A stretch of DNA of 64,000 nucleotides. Source: Candidatus Latescibacterota bacterium (GTDB lineage Bacteria; Latescibacterota; UBA2968; UBA8231). The notes beneath the pieces are model-generated. The model did not search any database. It was given only the letters and a program-made list of their open reading frames with translations, and was not told the origin of the DNA. Below are positions 47,194 through 56,651 of this stretch, in pieces. The translations under genes were made by a program, and so were the position numbers. Position 1 is the stretch's first letter; every line of letters starts with the position of its first letter. The DNA lies in assembly GCA_965206595.1 (NCBI GenBank), contig OZ242214.1, positions 6,560,001 to 6,624,000 of the forward strand, given 5' to 3'.

Positions 47194-48294
47194 TTATCTG
47201 CGGATCCCGAAGAAGGACATGTCGCGCGACGCTTGCCCGGCGACGATCCAATCGGCGAGGACCCGACCGGTCAGCGGGCCGAGAAGCACCCCATTCCTGT
47301 AATGGCCGCTGGCGACGAAAAGGCGCGCGGACGGATCGACCGGGCCGATCACCGGCTTTCCTTTGCGAGGCTTGGGGCGCAGCCCCGCGGCCTGCGAGAG
47401 CAGGATCGATTCCATGTCGAGCACGCGGCCAAACACCCCCGCGAACTCCGCCGCGGCCGCCTCCGTGGTCCGGGTATCGAAGCCGACCTCCTCCACGGTC
47501 GCCCCGACGACGATGGCATCCCCGGCCGGGATCAGGTGATGCCCCCCCCAGCGCAGCAAGTGGCCGATCTCGCTTCCCCCGCGGTAACGGCAGTGCTGCC
47601 CGCGCACCGGCCTGATGCGGGGCCCGCCAGCCGCTTCCGCGACCAGCTCCCCGGTCCAGGAGCCGGCGGCGAGAACGGCGAAATCGAAGCGCTCCTCCCG
47701 GTTCTGGGTCTCCTCCCCGATCCAGGCCTTTACACCGCCGCCCCCGGCTTCGATCCGCAGCAGCTCGCAGCCGAGCCGAACCACGGCGCCGCGCTGCGCC
47801 GCAGCGGTGCGCAGGGCATGCCCCAGGGCCGGTGGATCGACGCGGTGATCGTCGGGGAAATAGACCCCGCCGCTGACATCGAAGGACACCTTGGGCTCAA
47901 GGCGGCGCACCCTGTCGTGGTCGAGCCACTCCCAGCGGCAATTGCGCCCTCGGTCCCGCAGCCGGGATCGAGCCTCTTCGACTTCCGCGTCTCCGAAGGC
48001 GAGGTCGATTCCACCCAGGGCTCTCCAGCCGACGTCGAGACCGGTCTCCTCCCGCAGCTGCCGGGCAAGCTCGGCGTGCAGGGCGTGGGCGTCCCGGTAA
48101 AAGGTCGAGTACGGGTCATCGCCGCCTTGGAAATGAGTCAGGACTCCGAGGGAGGCGCGCGTCGTCGCCGACGGATCGGGGTCGCGGTCGATCATCTGCA
48201 CGCGCGCCTCCCGGCAGGCGAGAAAGTAGCCGGCGCAGCTCCCGACGATCCCGGCGCCGACTACGAGCACGCTGGGTCGATCAGGGGACGCCAC
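47194..48294 (-). CDS. FAD-dependent glycine/D-amino acid oxidase (ThiO/DadA family)
   Basis: VVGAGIVG, AAGSW, PVRGQ, GLRP, GHYRNGVLL. Confidence 0.88.
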   Translation of the reverse strand: MASPDRPSVLVVGAGIVGSCAGYFLACREARVQMIDRDPDPSATTRASLGVLTHFQGGDDPYSTFYRDAHALHAELARQLREETGLDVGWRALGGIDLAFGDAEVEEARSRLRDRGRNCRWEWLDHDRVRRLEPKVSFDVSGGVYFPDDHRVDPPALGHALRTAAAQRGAVVRLGCELLRIEAGGGGVKAWIGEETQNREERFDFAVLAAGSWTGELVAEAAGGPRIRPVRGQHCRYRGGSEIGHLLRWGGHHLIPAGDAIVVGATVEEVGFDTRTTEAAAAEFAGVFGRVLDMESILLSQAAGLRPKPRKGKPVIGPVDPSARLFVASGHYRNGVLLGPLTGRVLADWIVAGQASRDMSFFGIRR

Positions 48295-48376
48295 GGCGGC
48301 TCCGTGTGCTTGACGGTATTCGGGACCGCCTCCATTGTTTGGTGCCTGACACGACTAGTGCGGAGGGAAAAAGAGG

Positions 48377-49177
48377 ATGCGCATCATCCGGTTCATCGAC
48401 GAGGAAGGTCAGACCTGTTTCGGGGAGGAGGGAGACGGCCGCCATGCGGCCCTGCTGTCCGGAGACCTGTACTCCGGGCTGACGCCGACAGGTGAGACGA
48501 GGAAGGTCTCCAAGCTGCTGGCCCCGGTCGACCCGGTTAACATCTTCTGCATTGGCCTCAACTACCGGGAGCACGCCAAAGAGTCGGGTGTCGACATCCC
48601 CGAACGCCCGGTCGTGTTCATGAAGCCGACCAGCGCCCTGAACCATCCCGGGGATCCCATTCGCCTGCCCTCCTGCCAGCACGGCGAGGAGACCGACTAC
48701 GAATGCGAGCTTGCCGTCGTCATCGGCAGGCGCTGCCGCGGCGTCTCCCAGTCGAACGCCCTCGATTTCGTGCTCGGCTACACCTGCGGCCACGACGTCT
48801 CGGCGCGCACCTGGCAGCTCCAGGGGGGCGGCGGACAGTGGATCCGGGGCAAGGGTTTCGACACCTTCTGCCCGCTGGGGCCGGTCCTGGTGACCGCCGA
48901 CGACATTCCCGACCCCCAGACGTTGGGCATCAGGACGCTGCTGAACGGCGAAACCATGCAGGACCACACCACGGGAGACATGATCTTCTCCGTTCGCGAG
49001 CTGATCGCTTTCCTGAGCCAGGATACGACCCTGTTGCCGGGAACGGTGATTCTGACGGGGACGCCGCAGGGAGTAGGGTTCGCCCGCACGCCGCCGGTCT
49101 GGCTGCGGGAAGGCGACGAGGTCGTTATCGAAGTGGAGAAGATCGGCAGGCTGCGCAACCCGGTGGCCGGCGCCTGA
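48377..49177 (+). CDS. Fumarylacetoacetate hydrolase family protein
   Basis: IGLNYREH, DYECEL, HDVSAR, GKGFDTFCP, TGTPQGVG. Confidence 0.92.
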   Translation: MRIIRFIDEEGQTCFGEEGDGRHAALLSGDLYSGLTPTGETRKVSKLLAPVDPVNIFCIGLNYREHAKESGVDIPERPVVFMKPTSALNHPGDPIRLPSCQHGEETDYECELAVVIGRRCRGVSQSNALDFVLGYTCGHDVSARTWQLQGGGGQWIRGKGFDTFCPLGPVLVTADDIPDPQTLGIRTLLNGETMQDHTTGDMIFSVRELIAFLSQDTTLLPGTVILTGTPQGVGFARTPPVWLREGDEVVIEVEKIGRLRNPVAGA

Positions 49178-49181
49178 CTGC

Positions 49182-50444
49182 TCACGCCGCGGGCTCGTAC
49201 AGGCTGAGCCGGTCCAAGCCTTCCTCTATATCGGGCTGGCCGTATCCGTAGAACCCGGCGAGCCTCTCAAGCACCCCGTTCATCAGGACATCTGGACAGG
49301 ACGCTCCGGAGGTCACGGCGATGGTAACCGGAGCCTTCGCCGGAAGCCAGTTGTTGGAGATCGTCAGTTCCTTGGCGTGGATGTCGAAGTGCCGGATGCG
49401 CTCCCGCGACAGCAGCTCCTCCTTGCCGCCGATCAGGTAGCTAGGCATCATCTCCGAGCAGATCTCCGCCAGGTGGGAGGTGTTGAAGCTGTTGTAACCG
49501 CCGACGATGATGGCGACGTCCGGCTGCGCCTCGAGCAGTCCCTTGGTGGCATTCTGATTCCGGTTCGTCGCGTAACAGAGCGTATCGTTGGTATCGGCGA
49601 AGTGGTAGTCGAGGTTGTCGTCGCCGTACCTGCGTTGCATCGCCGCGCGAATGATGTTCGCGACCTCTTTCGTCTCTTCGGCGAGCATCGTCGTCTGGTT
49701 GACCACGGCGATGCGAGTCAGATCGGTACCGGGATCGAATCCCTGCGACCACTTCCCCGAGAACTCCTCGGTGAACTCCTCCTCGGAAACGGCGCCGGCG
49801 ATGAAGGCGGCGACCCGGGTGGCGTCCTGTCTGTCGGGCACGACGAGCGTCTTGGCATGCTGCTTCGTGTGCGAGTGGGTCGCCTGCGTCTCCTCGTGCA
49901 GGAACTTCCCGTGAATGAGGATCGTGTAGCCCTCCTGTCCGAGCTCCTGCCCCCTGTCCCAAACCCTGGAAACGAACGGACACGTGGTGTCGTAGCGCTC
50001 GCGGTACTCCTCCGAATCGGTGTCGAGACCTGCCTGCTTCAGCGACTCCTCGATCTCCAGGGTGGTGCCGAAAGCGGGGATCATGACGATGTCTTCCCTG
50101 CCGATCTCCTCCTGGGAGATGCGGCGATCCCCGTCGGAATCGAAAATGAAGTCGATGCCCCTTTCTTTCAGGTCGTTGTTGACCAGGGGATTGTGGATGA
50201 TCTCGCTGACCAGGTGGACCGGACGACCGGGGTGTTCCTCGAGCGCGGAGAAGGCCATGTGGATGGCGCGCTCGACGCCGAAACAGAAGCCGAAATGCCG
50301 GGGGATCAGGAATTCCAGGTCCCCGACAGGGAGGCGGGTGGAGCGCAGTGACCGCTTGCCGACTTCCTGGCGAAAGTCCTTGATGCGCTGGATGATAGCC
50401 CCCTCGTAATGATTGGGCACTCTGTCGAATTTGGAGTATTCCAT
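49182..50444 (-). CDS. ispH: 4-hydroxy-3-methylbut-2-enyl diphosphate reductase
   Basis: FGFCFGV, IIHNP, DTTCPFV, NQTTM, TLCYAT, TSGASCPD. Confidence 0.95.
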   Translation of the reverse strand: MEYSKFDRVPNHYEGAIIQRIKDFRQEVGKRSLRSTRLPVGDLEFLIPRHFGFCFGVERAIHMAFSALEEHPGRPVHLVSEIIHNPLVNNDLKERGIDFIFDSDGDRRISQEEIGREDIVMIPAFGTTLEIEESLKQAGLDTDSEEYRERYDTTCPFVSRVWDRGQELGQEGYTILIHGKFLHEETQATHSHTKQHAKTLVVPDRQDATRVAAFIAGAVSEEEFTEEFSGKWSQGFDPGTDLTRIAVVNQTTMLAEETKEVANIIRAAMQRRYGDDNLDYHFADTNDTLCYATNRNQNATKGLLEAQPDVAIIVGGYNSFNTSHLAEICSEMMPSYLIGGKEELLSRERIRHFDIHAKELTISNNWLPAKAPVTIAVTSGASCPDVLMNGVLERLAGFYGYGQPDIEEGLDRLSLYEPAA

Positions 50445-50645
50445 ATTAGATAAGGGCCTTCCGTTTTGCCGCTGAATCTACGTTCGCGGGGACCCCTGTC
50501 AAACGCTACCTGTAGTCCCTGGGAAACCCCGAAAGGGCCCGGAGCCGACACGGAATCCGAACAGGTGCAGCCGGTATTTACGCACTGGATGCAGTCCAGC
50601 GTCATTTCACCCATTCCCGGCCGGGAACACTATATATTGGCAGCG

Positions 50646-51329
50646 ATGAATTCACCCATTCAGGCGGTCGTCCTTGTCAGCGGCGGCCTCGACAGCTGCG
50701 TGACAGCATCCGAAGCTGCCCTCGCCATCGGCGACCCCGGCGCGCTCGGTTTCCTCCATGTCAGCTACGGCCAGCGCACCGCCGAGCGCGAATTCGCCGC
50801 TTTCGAGGAGATCGCCGAACATTTCGGCGTTTCCCACCGACTCCTCGCCGACGCCGGCCACCTCGCCGCTATTGGAGGCTCTTCTCTGACCTGCCCGGGA
50901 TTTCCCGCAGGCGACAGGAACGGAGAGCCCGTCCCTTCGACATACCTCCCGTTTCGCAATGCCAACCTGCTCGCCATCGCGGCCGCCTGGGCCGAAGCTG
51001 CCGGAGCGAGGTCGGTTTTCCTCGGTGCCCACGAGCGCGACTGTCCGTACCCCGACTGCCGCGCCGTTTTCTTCGCGGCGTTCGCCCGGGCAATCGAAAC
51101 CGGAACGCGGCCAGAAACCGCCATCTCCGTCGAGACGCCCCTGCTCGCCCTCGATAAGCCGGGGATCGTGAAACGGGGACTCGAGCTCGGTGCACCATTG
51201 CACCTGACCTGGTCCTGTTACGTGGGCAGCGAGGCCCCCTGTGGCGAGTGTCACAGCTGCGAGCTGCGGCAGCGGGGGTTCCGCGACGCCGGAGTCGAGG
51301 ATCCCCTTTTCGCCACGGAGCCGCGCTGA
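50646..51329 (+). CDS. queC: 7-cyano-7-deazaguanine synthase
   Basis: SGGLDS, YGQR, PFRN, YPDCR, TWSCY, CGECHSC. Confidence 0.95.
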   Translation: MNSPIQAVVLVSGGLDSCVTASEAALAIGDPGALGFLHVSYGQRTAEREFAAFEEIAEHFGVSHRLLADAGHLAAIGGSSLTCPGFPAGDRNGEPVPSTYLPFRNANLLAIAAAWAEAAGARSVFLGAHERDCPYPDCRAVFFAAFARAIETGTRPETAISVETPLLALDKPGIVKRGLELGAPLHLTWSCYVGSEAPCGECHSCELRQRGFRDAGVEDPLFATEPR

Positions 51330-52939
51330 TGCTGGTCGGGTACGTCAGCGACGAGCGCTACGTGGCACTCCCGGACGCCCTGCTGGAATTCGAGGGGTGG
51401 AACCGGCGGGTGGAAGCCCGGTCCTCCGCCTCCGGCGCGGTGCATGCCGAGATCGAACCGGGGCGGTACAGGGTGACCATCGCCCGCGACGGCTACGGAT
51501 CGAAACGGGTGGACGTCACCGTCGCCGAAGGGCGGCCTTACCAGTTCCGGCTGCTCGCCGACGGCTTGCTCGGTTACGCCTGGCCCAAGTGCGTCCGCTC
51601 CGGAGAGCGGTCGGAATTCCGCGTGCACTCCAGCGAGCCGTACAAGCTCGAGCTGTTCCGCTACGGAAGAGAGAAGGAGTTCGTGCGCCCTGTGGGCTGG
51701 TTCGACGAGCACGGACCGCGCGCCACCGTGCAGATTACCCCGGACGGGGACTACACTCGGACCGGCGTGCGCTGGAATTCCATCGGCTACACCAGCCCCG
51801 CCCACAGGCAGTTCGTCAGCGCTCCGGAGCGCTCCGGGCTCTACTATTTCCACGCCTCGACGCGGAACCCCTTCACCGGCGCGGACGCATCGGTTCCGCA
51901 GGCATTTTTCAGCTTCCCCTGGATCGTCGCCCCCGCCCGCCCCCAGGCCCGGATCGCGGTGCTGGTGTCGGACGTCAACTGGAACGCCTACAACAACTTT
52001 GGAGGGCGCAGCAACTACGCCAACCCTGCGGAACTGGCGCCCGTTCCGACGGTAAACGCGCGTCAGGAGCTGCCGCGCTACACCGATCCGGACAACGTCG
52101 TCTACGACCGCGAGGAGTACGCTCCCCTGTCGTTCGAGCGCCCCGAGCCGATAAACCACATTCCACTGTCGGTCGGCCTGCACGACCCGATCGAAGGGCG
52201 GGCGGCCTGCCACGTCGCCGAGACGGAGTGGCGCATCCTCGGCTGGCTTGAGCAGGAGGGGTTCGACTACGACGTCTACTCCGAAACGCAGCTCCACCGC
52301 GGCGTGCTTAATCTCGACGACTACGAGGTCCTCCTTCTCGGACCGCATCCGGAGTACTGGTCCGCGGAGATGTACTACGGGGTCAAGGGCTGGGTGCACG
52401 AGCGCGGTGGCAAACTGGTCTACCTCGGCGGCAACGGCCTCAACTGTAAGGTGGAAATTCTCGACCAGTCGACCATGAAGGTGTTCAACGGCGATGCCCG
52501 GGAAATCGGACGCCGCGGACTGGAGAGCCGCTTCCACTACTACTGCGAATCGGAAGCCAACCTCCTCGGGGTCGTGTACAGCGACAGCGGCGTGATGACG
52601 GCTGCAGCGTACGAAGTGGTCGATGCCGATCACTGGATTTTCGAAGGCACCGGCCTGGCCAACGGCGATCTGTTCGGTGAGCGCAGCCTGCACATGCGCA
52701 TTTCCGGTGGGGCATCGGGGCACGAGACGGACAAGCGGTCCCCCAGCTCGCCGGCAGGTGTCCGCGTGGTCGCCCGGGGCCTCAATCCCGGCGGCGGCGG
52801 CGCCGAGATCGTCCACTACGAAAGCGGCAGCGGCGGCGAGGTCTTTTCAGCCGGCTCCATCTGCTACGCCAGTTCCCTGCTCGTCGACGAGGTCGTGTCC
52901 GCCATCACCGCCAACGCGTTGCGGCGCTTCATCGGATGA
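51329..52939 (+). CDS. N,N-dimethylformamidase large-subunit-like protein with N-terminal carboxypeptidase-regulatory-like domain
   Basis: WNAYNNFGG, PLSFERP, HPEYWS, LGGN, SGHETD, VFSAGSI; TGATG overlap with queC. Confidence 0.75.
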   Translation: MLVGYVSDERYVALPDALLEFEGWNRRVEARSSASGAVHAEIEPGRYRVTIARDGYGSKRVDVTVAEGRPYQFRLLADGLLGYAWPKCVRSGERSEFRVHSSEPYKLELFRYGREKEFVRPVGWFDEHGPRATVQITPDGDYTRTGVRWNSIGYTSPAHRQFVSAPERSGLYYFHASTRNPFTGADASVPQAFFSFPWIVAPARPQARIAVLVSDVNWNAYNNFGGRSNYANPAELAPVPTVNARQELPRYTDPDNVVYDREEYAPLSFERPEPINHIPLSVGLHDPIEGRAACHVAETEWRILGWLEQEGFDYDVYSETQLHRGVLNLDDYEVLLLGPHPEYWSAEMYYGVKGWVHERGGKLVYLGGNGLNCKVEILDQSTMKVFNGDAREIGRRGLESRFHYYCESEANLLGVVYSDSGVMTAAAYEVVDADHWIFEGTGLANGDLFGERSLHMRISGGASGHETDKRSPSSPAGVRVVARGLNPGGGGAEIVHYESGSGGEVFSAGSICYASSLLVDEVVSAITANALRRFIG

Positions 52940-52998
52940 AGCTTCCTTGCCCCCCTTGCCGGGACCCTTAGTTTCTTTACGGTTTGCAGAAAACGAAT

Positions 52999-53349
52999 AT
53001 GGCCTCACATTCCGCTCCGGTGCTCGAGACCTTCCCCAATCCCAAGCCCGACCGGGATTACACCATACAAATCGACTGTCCAGAATTCACCTCCGTCTGC
53101 CCGAAAACCGGGCAACCGGACTTCGGCACGGTCCGCATCAGTTACGTTCCCGACCAGAACTGCATAGAGCTCAAGTCGCTGAAAATCTACCTCGGATCCT
53201 TCCGTCAGCAGGGCATCTTCTACGAAGCGGTAACCAACCGGATACTCGACGACTTGGTTGCCGCCTGCGCCCCCAGACGCATGACGGTGACAGGCGACTT
53301 CAACGTGCGGGGAGGAATCGGCACCGCGGTCACGGCCGAGCATCCATGA
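52999..53349 (+). CDS. queF: PreQ0 reductase (type I)
   Basis: [31 protein letters not shown]. Confidence 0.95.
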   Translation: MASHSAPVLETFPNPKPDRDYTIQIDCPEFTSVCPKTGQPDFGTVRISYVPDQNCIELKSLKIYLGSFRQQGIFYEAVTNRILDDLVAACAPRRMTVTGDFNVRGGIGTAVTAEHP

Positions 53350-53405
53350 TGGTCATGTGACTTCCCGGCATGACGGAATAACCCCACAACTTGGAGAATC
53401 GCCGC

Positions 53406-54257
53406 ATGGAAAACCGCAACATCGATTCAGAGGAGAGGGAACAGGACGCGGTCGAAGAAGCCGCTGAGGATTCCCCGGAAGGCGGAAACGACTCCCGGCC
53501 CTGGTATCCCTACATAACCAAGGCCCAGTTCGAGAAATTCCTCGCCAGACTTCAGAGCCGGATCCCGGACGAAATCGACCGCGACTACGTTCGAGCCATA
53601 ATCCGGACCCCTTCGATGATCCACCGCTTCCTGCGCGGCATCGAGGCGATGCAACTCATCGACAGCGACCAGAAGCCGACCGATCGCCTGCAGAAGCTGG
53701 TGAGTCAGGACACCCGCGCCGGCGCCTTCGACGAAATCCTCGAGGATCTCTACCCCGAGCTGCTCAAGGAATACCGGGCGAACGGGGAGATGACCGACCG
53801 CGACATCGTCTCCTTCTTCCGCAAGGAAACGGGGATGGGGAACGATTCGGCCAACAAGATGAAGATGTTCTTCAAGTACCTGACAAGCTGCACCGATCCC
53901 GACGAAGGAACGGGGGAAGCCGAGGACGGCAACGATAGCCCTGCACCGGACGCTCCTCCGTCGCCGGCACCTCCACGAACGGAGCGTGAGCGAGGGGAGC
54001 GAGGGGAACGTGAGCGAGGGGAGCGAGGGGAGCGCGGATCGAGCTCCAGATCTTCGCAGCAGTCCCGCAGCCAGGAGTCTTTGGGCAGCGGCGGGTCGAC
54101 CACCGGTTCGCGCACCCTGAGCGAGGCGCAACGCGCCTATCTCGACACCCTCAAATCGGTGCTGAAGGTCAATATCGACGGGGACTGGGACGACGACATG
54201 ATAAAGCTCGCCTTCGACCGACTCGAGCGCCTGTTCGACCGGGTCCGAAGGGGCTGA
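53406..54257 (+). CDS. Hypothetical protein with DUF5343-like N-terminal domain and low-complexity linker
   Basis: YPYITKAQFEKFL..P...LID...PT; acidic/Pro/ERG-repeat linker; C-terminal helical domain. Confidence 0.65.
   Translation: MENRNIDSEEREQDAVEEAAEDSPEGGNDSRPWYPYITKAQFEKFLARLQSRIPDEIDRDYVRAIIRTPSMIHRFLRGIEAMQLIDSDQKPTDRLQKLVSQDTRAGAFDEILEDLYPELLKEYRANGEMTDRDIVSFFRKETGMGNDSANKMKMFFKYLTSCTDPDEGTGEAEDGNDSPAPDAPPSPAPPRTERERGERGERERGERGERGSSSRSSQQSRSQESLGSGGSTTGSRTLSEAQRAYLDTLKSVLKVNIDGDWDDDMIKLAFDRLERLFDRVRRG
53982..54035 (+). repeat. 24-bp tandem repeat encoding (ERERGERG)2
   Basis: GAGCGTGAGCGAGGGGAGCGAGGG GAACGTGAGCGAGGGGAGCGAGGG GAGCGC. Confidence 0.85.
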
Positions 54258-54322
54258 CCGCAAGGAGCTGACCGCAGGGAGCTGACCGCCAACAGCGATT
54301 GGCGACGAGAATCCCCAAACGA

Positions 54323-54354
54323 AAAAGGCCCTCACTGGATGGTGGGGGCCTTTT
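54323..54354. terminator. Probable bidirectional intrinsic terminator
   Basis: AAAAGGCCCTCAC-TGGATG-GTGGGGGCCTTTT between convergent genes. Confidence 0.8.
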
Positions 54355-54398
54355 CCATTTCGAGTGCGCCGACGTACTGATGTTGCCAGAGTGTGCTG

Positions 54399-55367
54399 TC
54401 AGGCGCTGACGAACTCACCCATCGCTCCGAACTTGTCGACGCGCCTGTTCACCAGCTCCTCACCCGTCAGACCGCGCAGTTCCTCCAGCGCCTCCAAAAC
54501 CTGCTTCTTGAGATTGGCCGCGGCCCCGTCGTAGTCCCGGTGGGCTCCGCCGAAAGGCTCGGGGACAATGCGGTCGATGATGCCGTACTCGCGCAGATCC
54601 TCCGCGGACAGCTTCAGCGCCTCGGCAGCCTCCTCCTTGCGGTCGCGGGTGCGGAACAGAATCGTCGAACAGCTCTCCGGCACGATGACCGAATAACAGG
54701 CGTGCTCGAGCATCAGTATGCGGTCCCCCACGGTGATCCCTATGGCTCCCCCGCTGAAGGCCTGTCCGATGACGGCGACGACGATCGGTACCTCCAGGTG
54801 GGACATCTCGAAGAGGTTGCGGGCGATCGCCTCGGCCTGGCCGCGCTCCTCGGCCTCGATCCCCGGGTAGGCTCCCGAGGTGTCGACCAGGGTCAGGATC
54901 GGGCGCTTGAACTTGGCCGCCATCTGCATCAGCCTGAGGGCTTTCCGGTAGCCCTCGGGATGGGGCATCCCGAAGTTGCGGAACTTGCGCTCCTCGACGT
55001 TGCGTCCGTTCTGAATGCCGATCACCACGACCGCCTCGCCGTCGAGCCGCGCCGGTCCGCCCACGATGGCCGGATCGTCGGCGAAATACCGGTCTCCATG
55101 AAGCTCGACGAAGTCTTCGAGCATCCGCTCGATGTAGTCCAGGGAGTACGGCCGCTGCGGGTGGCGGCTCATCTGCACCCGCTGCCAGCGCGTCAGGTTG
55201 GTGTAGGTCTGGCGACGGAGCCTCTCGATCTGGCGCTCGAGGGTTTTCAGCTCGCGGTCGAGATCGAGCCCGTCGGTCCGGGCCTGCACCTGCATCTCCT
55301 CAAGCCGCTTTTCCAGCTCTGCGACCGGCCGTTCAAAATCTAGATAGAAGGATTTGTCGCTGTTCAT
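54399..55367 (-). CDS. accA: Acetyl-CoA carboxylase carboxyltransferase alpha subunit
   Basis: [42 protein letters not shown]. Confidence 0.96.
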   Translation of the reverse strand: MNSDKSFYLDFERPVAELEKRLEEMQVQARTDGLDLDRELKTLERQIERLRRQTYTNLTRWQRVQMSRHPQRPYSLDYIERMLEDFVELHGDRYFADDPAIVGGPARLDGEAVVVIGIQNGRNVEERKFRNFGMPHPEGYRKALRLMQMAAKFKRPILTLVDTSGAYPGIEAEERGQAEAIARNLFEMSHLEVPIVVAVIGQAFSGGAIGITVGDRILMLEHACYSVIVPESCSTILFRTRDRKEEAAEALKLSAEDLREYGIIDRIVPEPFGGAHRDYDGAAANLKKQVLEALEELRGLTGEELVNRRVDKFGAMGEFVSA

Positions 55368-55439
55368 CGGATCATGGCTCCCGGGTATCTGTATTACTGA
55401 CACCGGAGACCGCGAAGGTGTTCGGTTTTCGAGTCGGAC

Positions 55440-56651
55440 CTACCTGCGCAGGAGGGAAAGTGCCGCCTCGATTCGGTCCATCGCCGTCGCGATCTTTTCC
55501 ATCGACGTGGCGTAGGATAGCCGGATATGTTCTGCGGTCCCGAAGCCGACTCCGGGAACGCAGGCGACTTTTCCGACTTCCAGCAAGTATTCGCACAGGC
55601 CGGTGCAGTCTTCGATCTCCCACGATCCTTCGGGACCTTCGAACCGCGAACCGAAATAGCTCGACATGTCGGGATAGACGTAGAAGGCCCCCAGCGGCAA
55701 GGGGCATTCCACCCCTTCCAGGCCTTTGAGACGAGCGGTGATGTAGCGGCGGCGGCCGTCGTACTCGCGGCGCATGGTCTCGACCATATCCTGGGGTCCG
55801 GTCAGCGCCTCGAGGGCCGCTTTCTGCGACATCGAAGTCGGGTGCGACACCGTCTGGCTCTGGGCCTTGTCCATGGCCGCGACCACCTCCGCTTCGGCGG
55901 CCGCGTACCCTATCCGCCACCCCGTCATCGCGTACGCCTTCGAAGCCCCGTTGACGACGATGGCCAGCCTCTTGATCTCTTCGCCCATCGAGGCGATCGA
56001 TACGTGCTCGGCGTCGTCGTAAACCAGCTTCTCGTAGATCTCGTCGCTGAGCACGTAGATGCCGTGCTCGACGGCGACCGCGGCCAGCTGCTCGAGCTCA
56101 TTCCGGGTATAGACGCAACCGCTCGGGTTCGACGGGCTGTTGAGCAGCAGCATCCGCGTCCTCGGGGTGATCGCCGAGCGCAGGGCATCCGGAGTCAGCT
56201 TGAGACCGTCTTCCCGCCTGGTTCGCACCACCACCGACCCGGCGCCGACCAGCTTGGGCTGCTCGGTAAAGGTGACCCAGTAGGGCGTCGGCACGATCAT
56301 CTCGTCCCCGGGATTGAGCACCGCGGCGACGGCGAGGTAGAGGGAGTGCTTGGCGCCGCAGTTGACGATCACCTGGTCGGCGGAGTAGTCGAGGCCGTTA
56401 TCCTCCCGGAATTTCCGGCACACCGCCTCCTTGAGCTCGACGATGCCGGACGGCGGCGAGGTGTATTTCGTGAACCCCTCTTCGATGGCGCGGATGCCCG
56501 CGGCCTTGATGTGCTCGGGAGTGTCGAAATCCGGCTCTCCCGCCGACAGCGGGATGACGTCGATCCCCTCCCGTTTCATCGCCGCGGCCTTCGCCGAGAT
56601 CGCCATCGTCGCCGAAGGCTGAACTTGCTCGATGAAATGCGAAAGCGCCAT
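55440..56651 (-). CDS. aspC: Aspartate aminotransferase (class I PLP)
   Basis: AGEPDFDTP, GAKHSL, NSPSNPSG, DEIY, SKAYAMTGWRIGY. Confidence 0.88.
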   Translation of the reverse strand: MALSHFIEQVQPSATMAISAKAAAMKREGIDVIPLSAGEPDFDTPEHIKAAGIRAIEEGFTKYTSPPSGIVELKEAVCRKFREDNGLDYSADQVIVNCGAKHSLYLAVAAVLNPGDEMIVPTPYWVTFTEQPKLVGAGSVVVRTRREDGLKLTPDALRSAITPRTRMLLLNSPSNPSGCVYTRNELEQLAAVAVEHGIYVLSDEIYEKLVYDDAEHVSIASMGEEIKRLAIVVNGASKAYAMTGWRIGYAAAEAEVVAAMDKAQSQTVSHPTSMSQKAALEALTGPQDMVETMRREYDGRRRYITARLKGLEGVECPLPLGAFYVYPDMSSYFGSRFEGPEGSWEIEDCTGLCEYLLEVGKVACVPGVGFGTAEHIRLSYATSMEKIATAMDRIEAALSLLRR

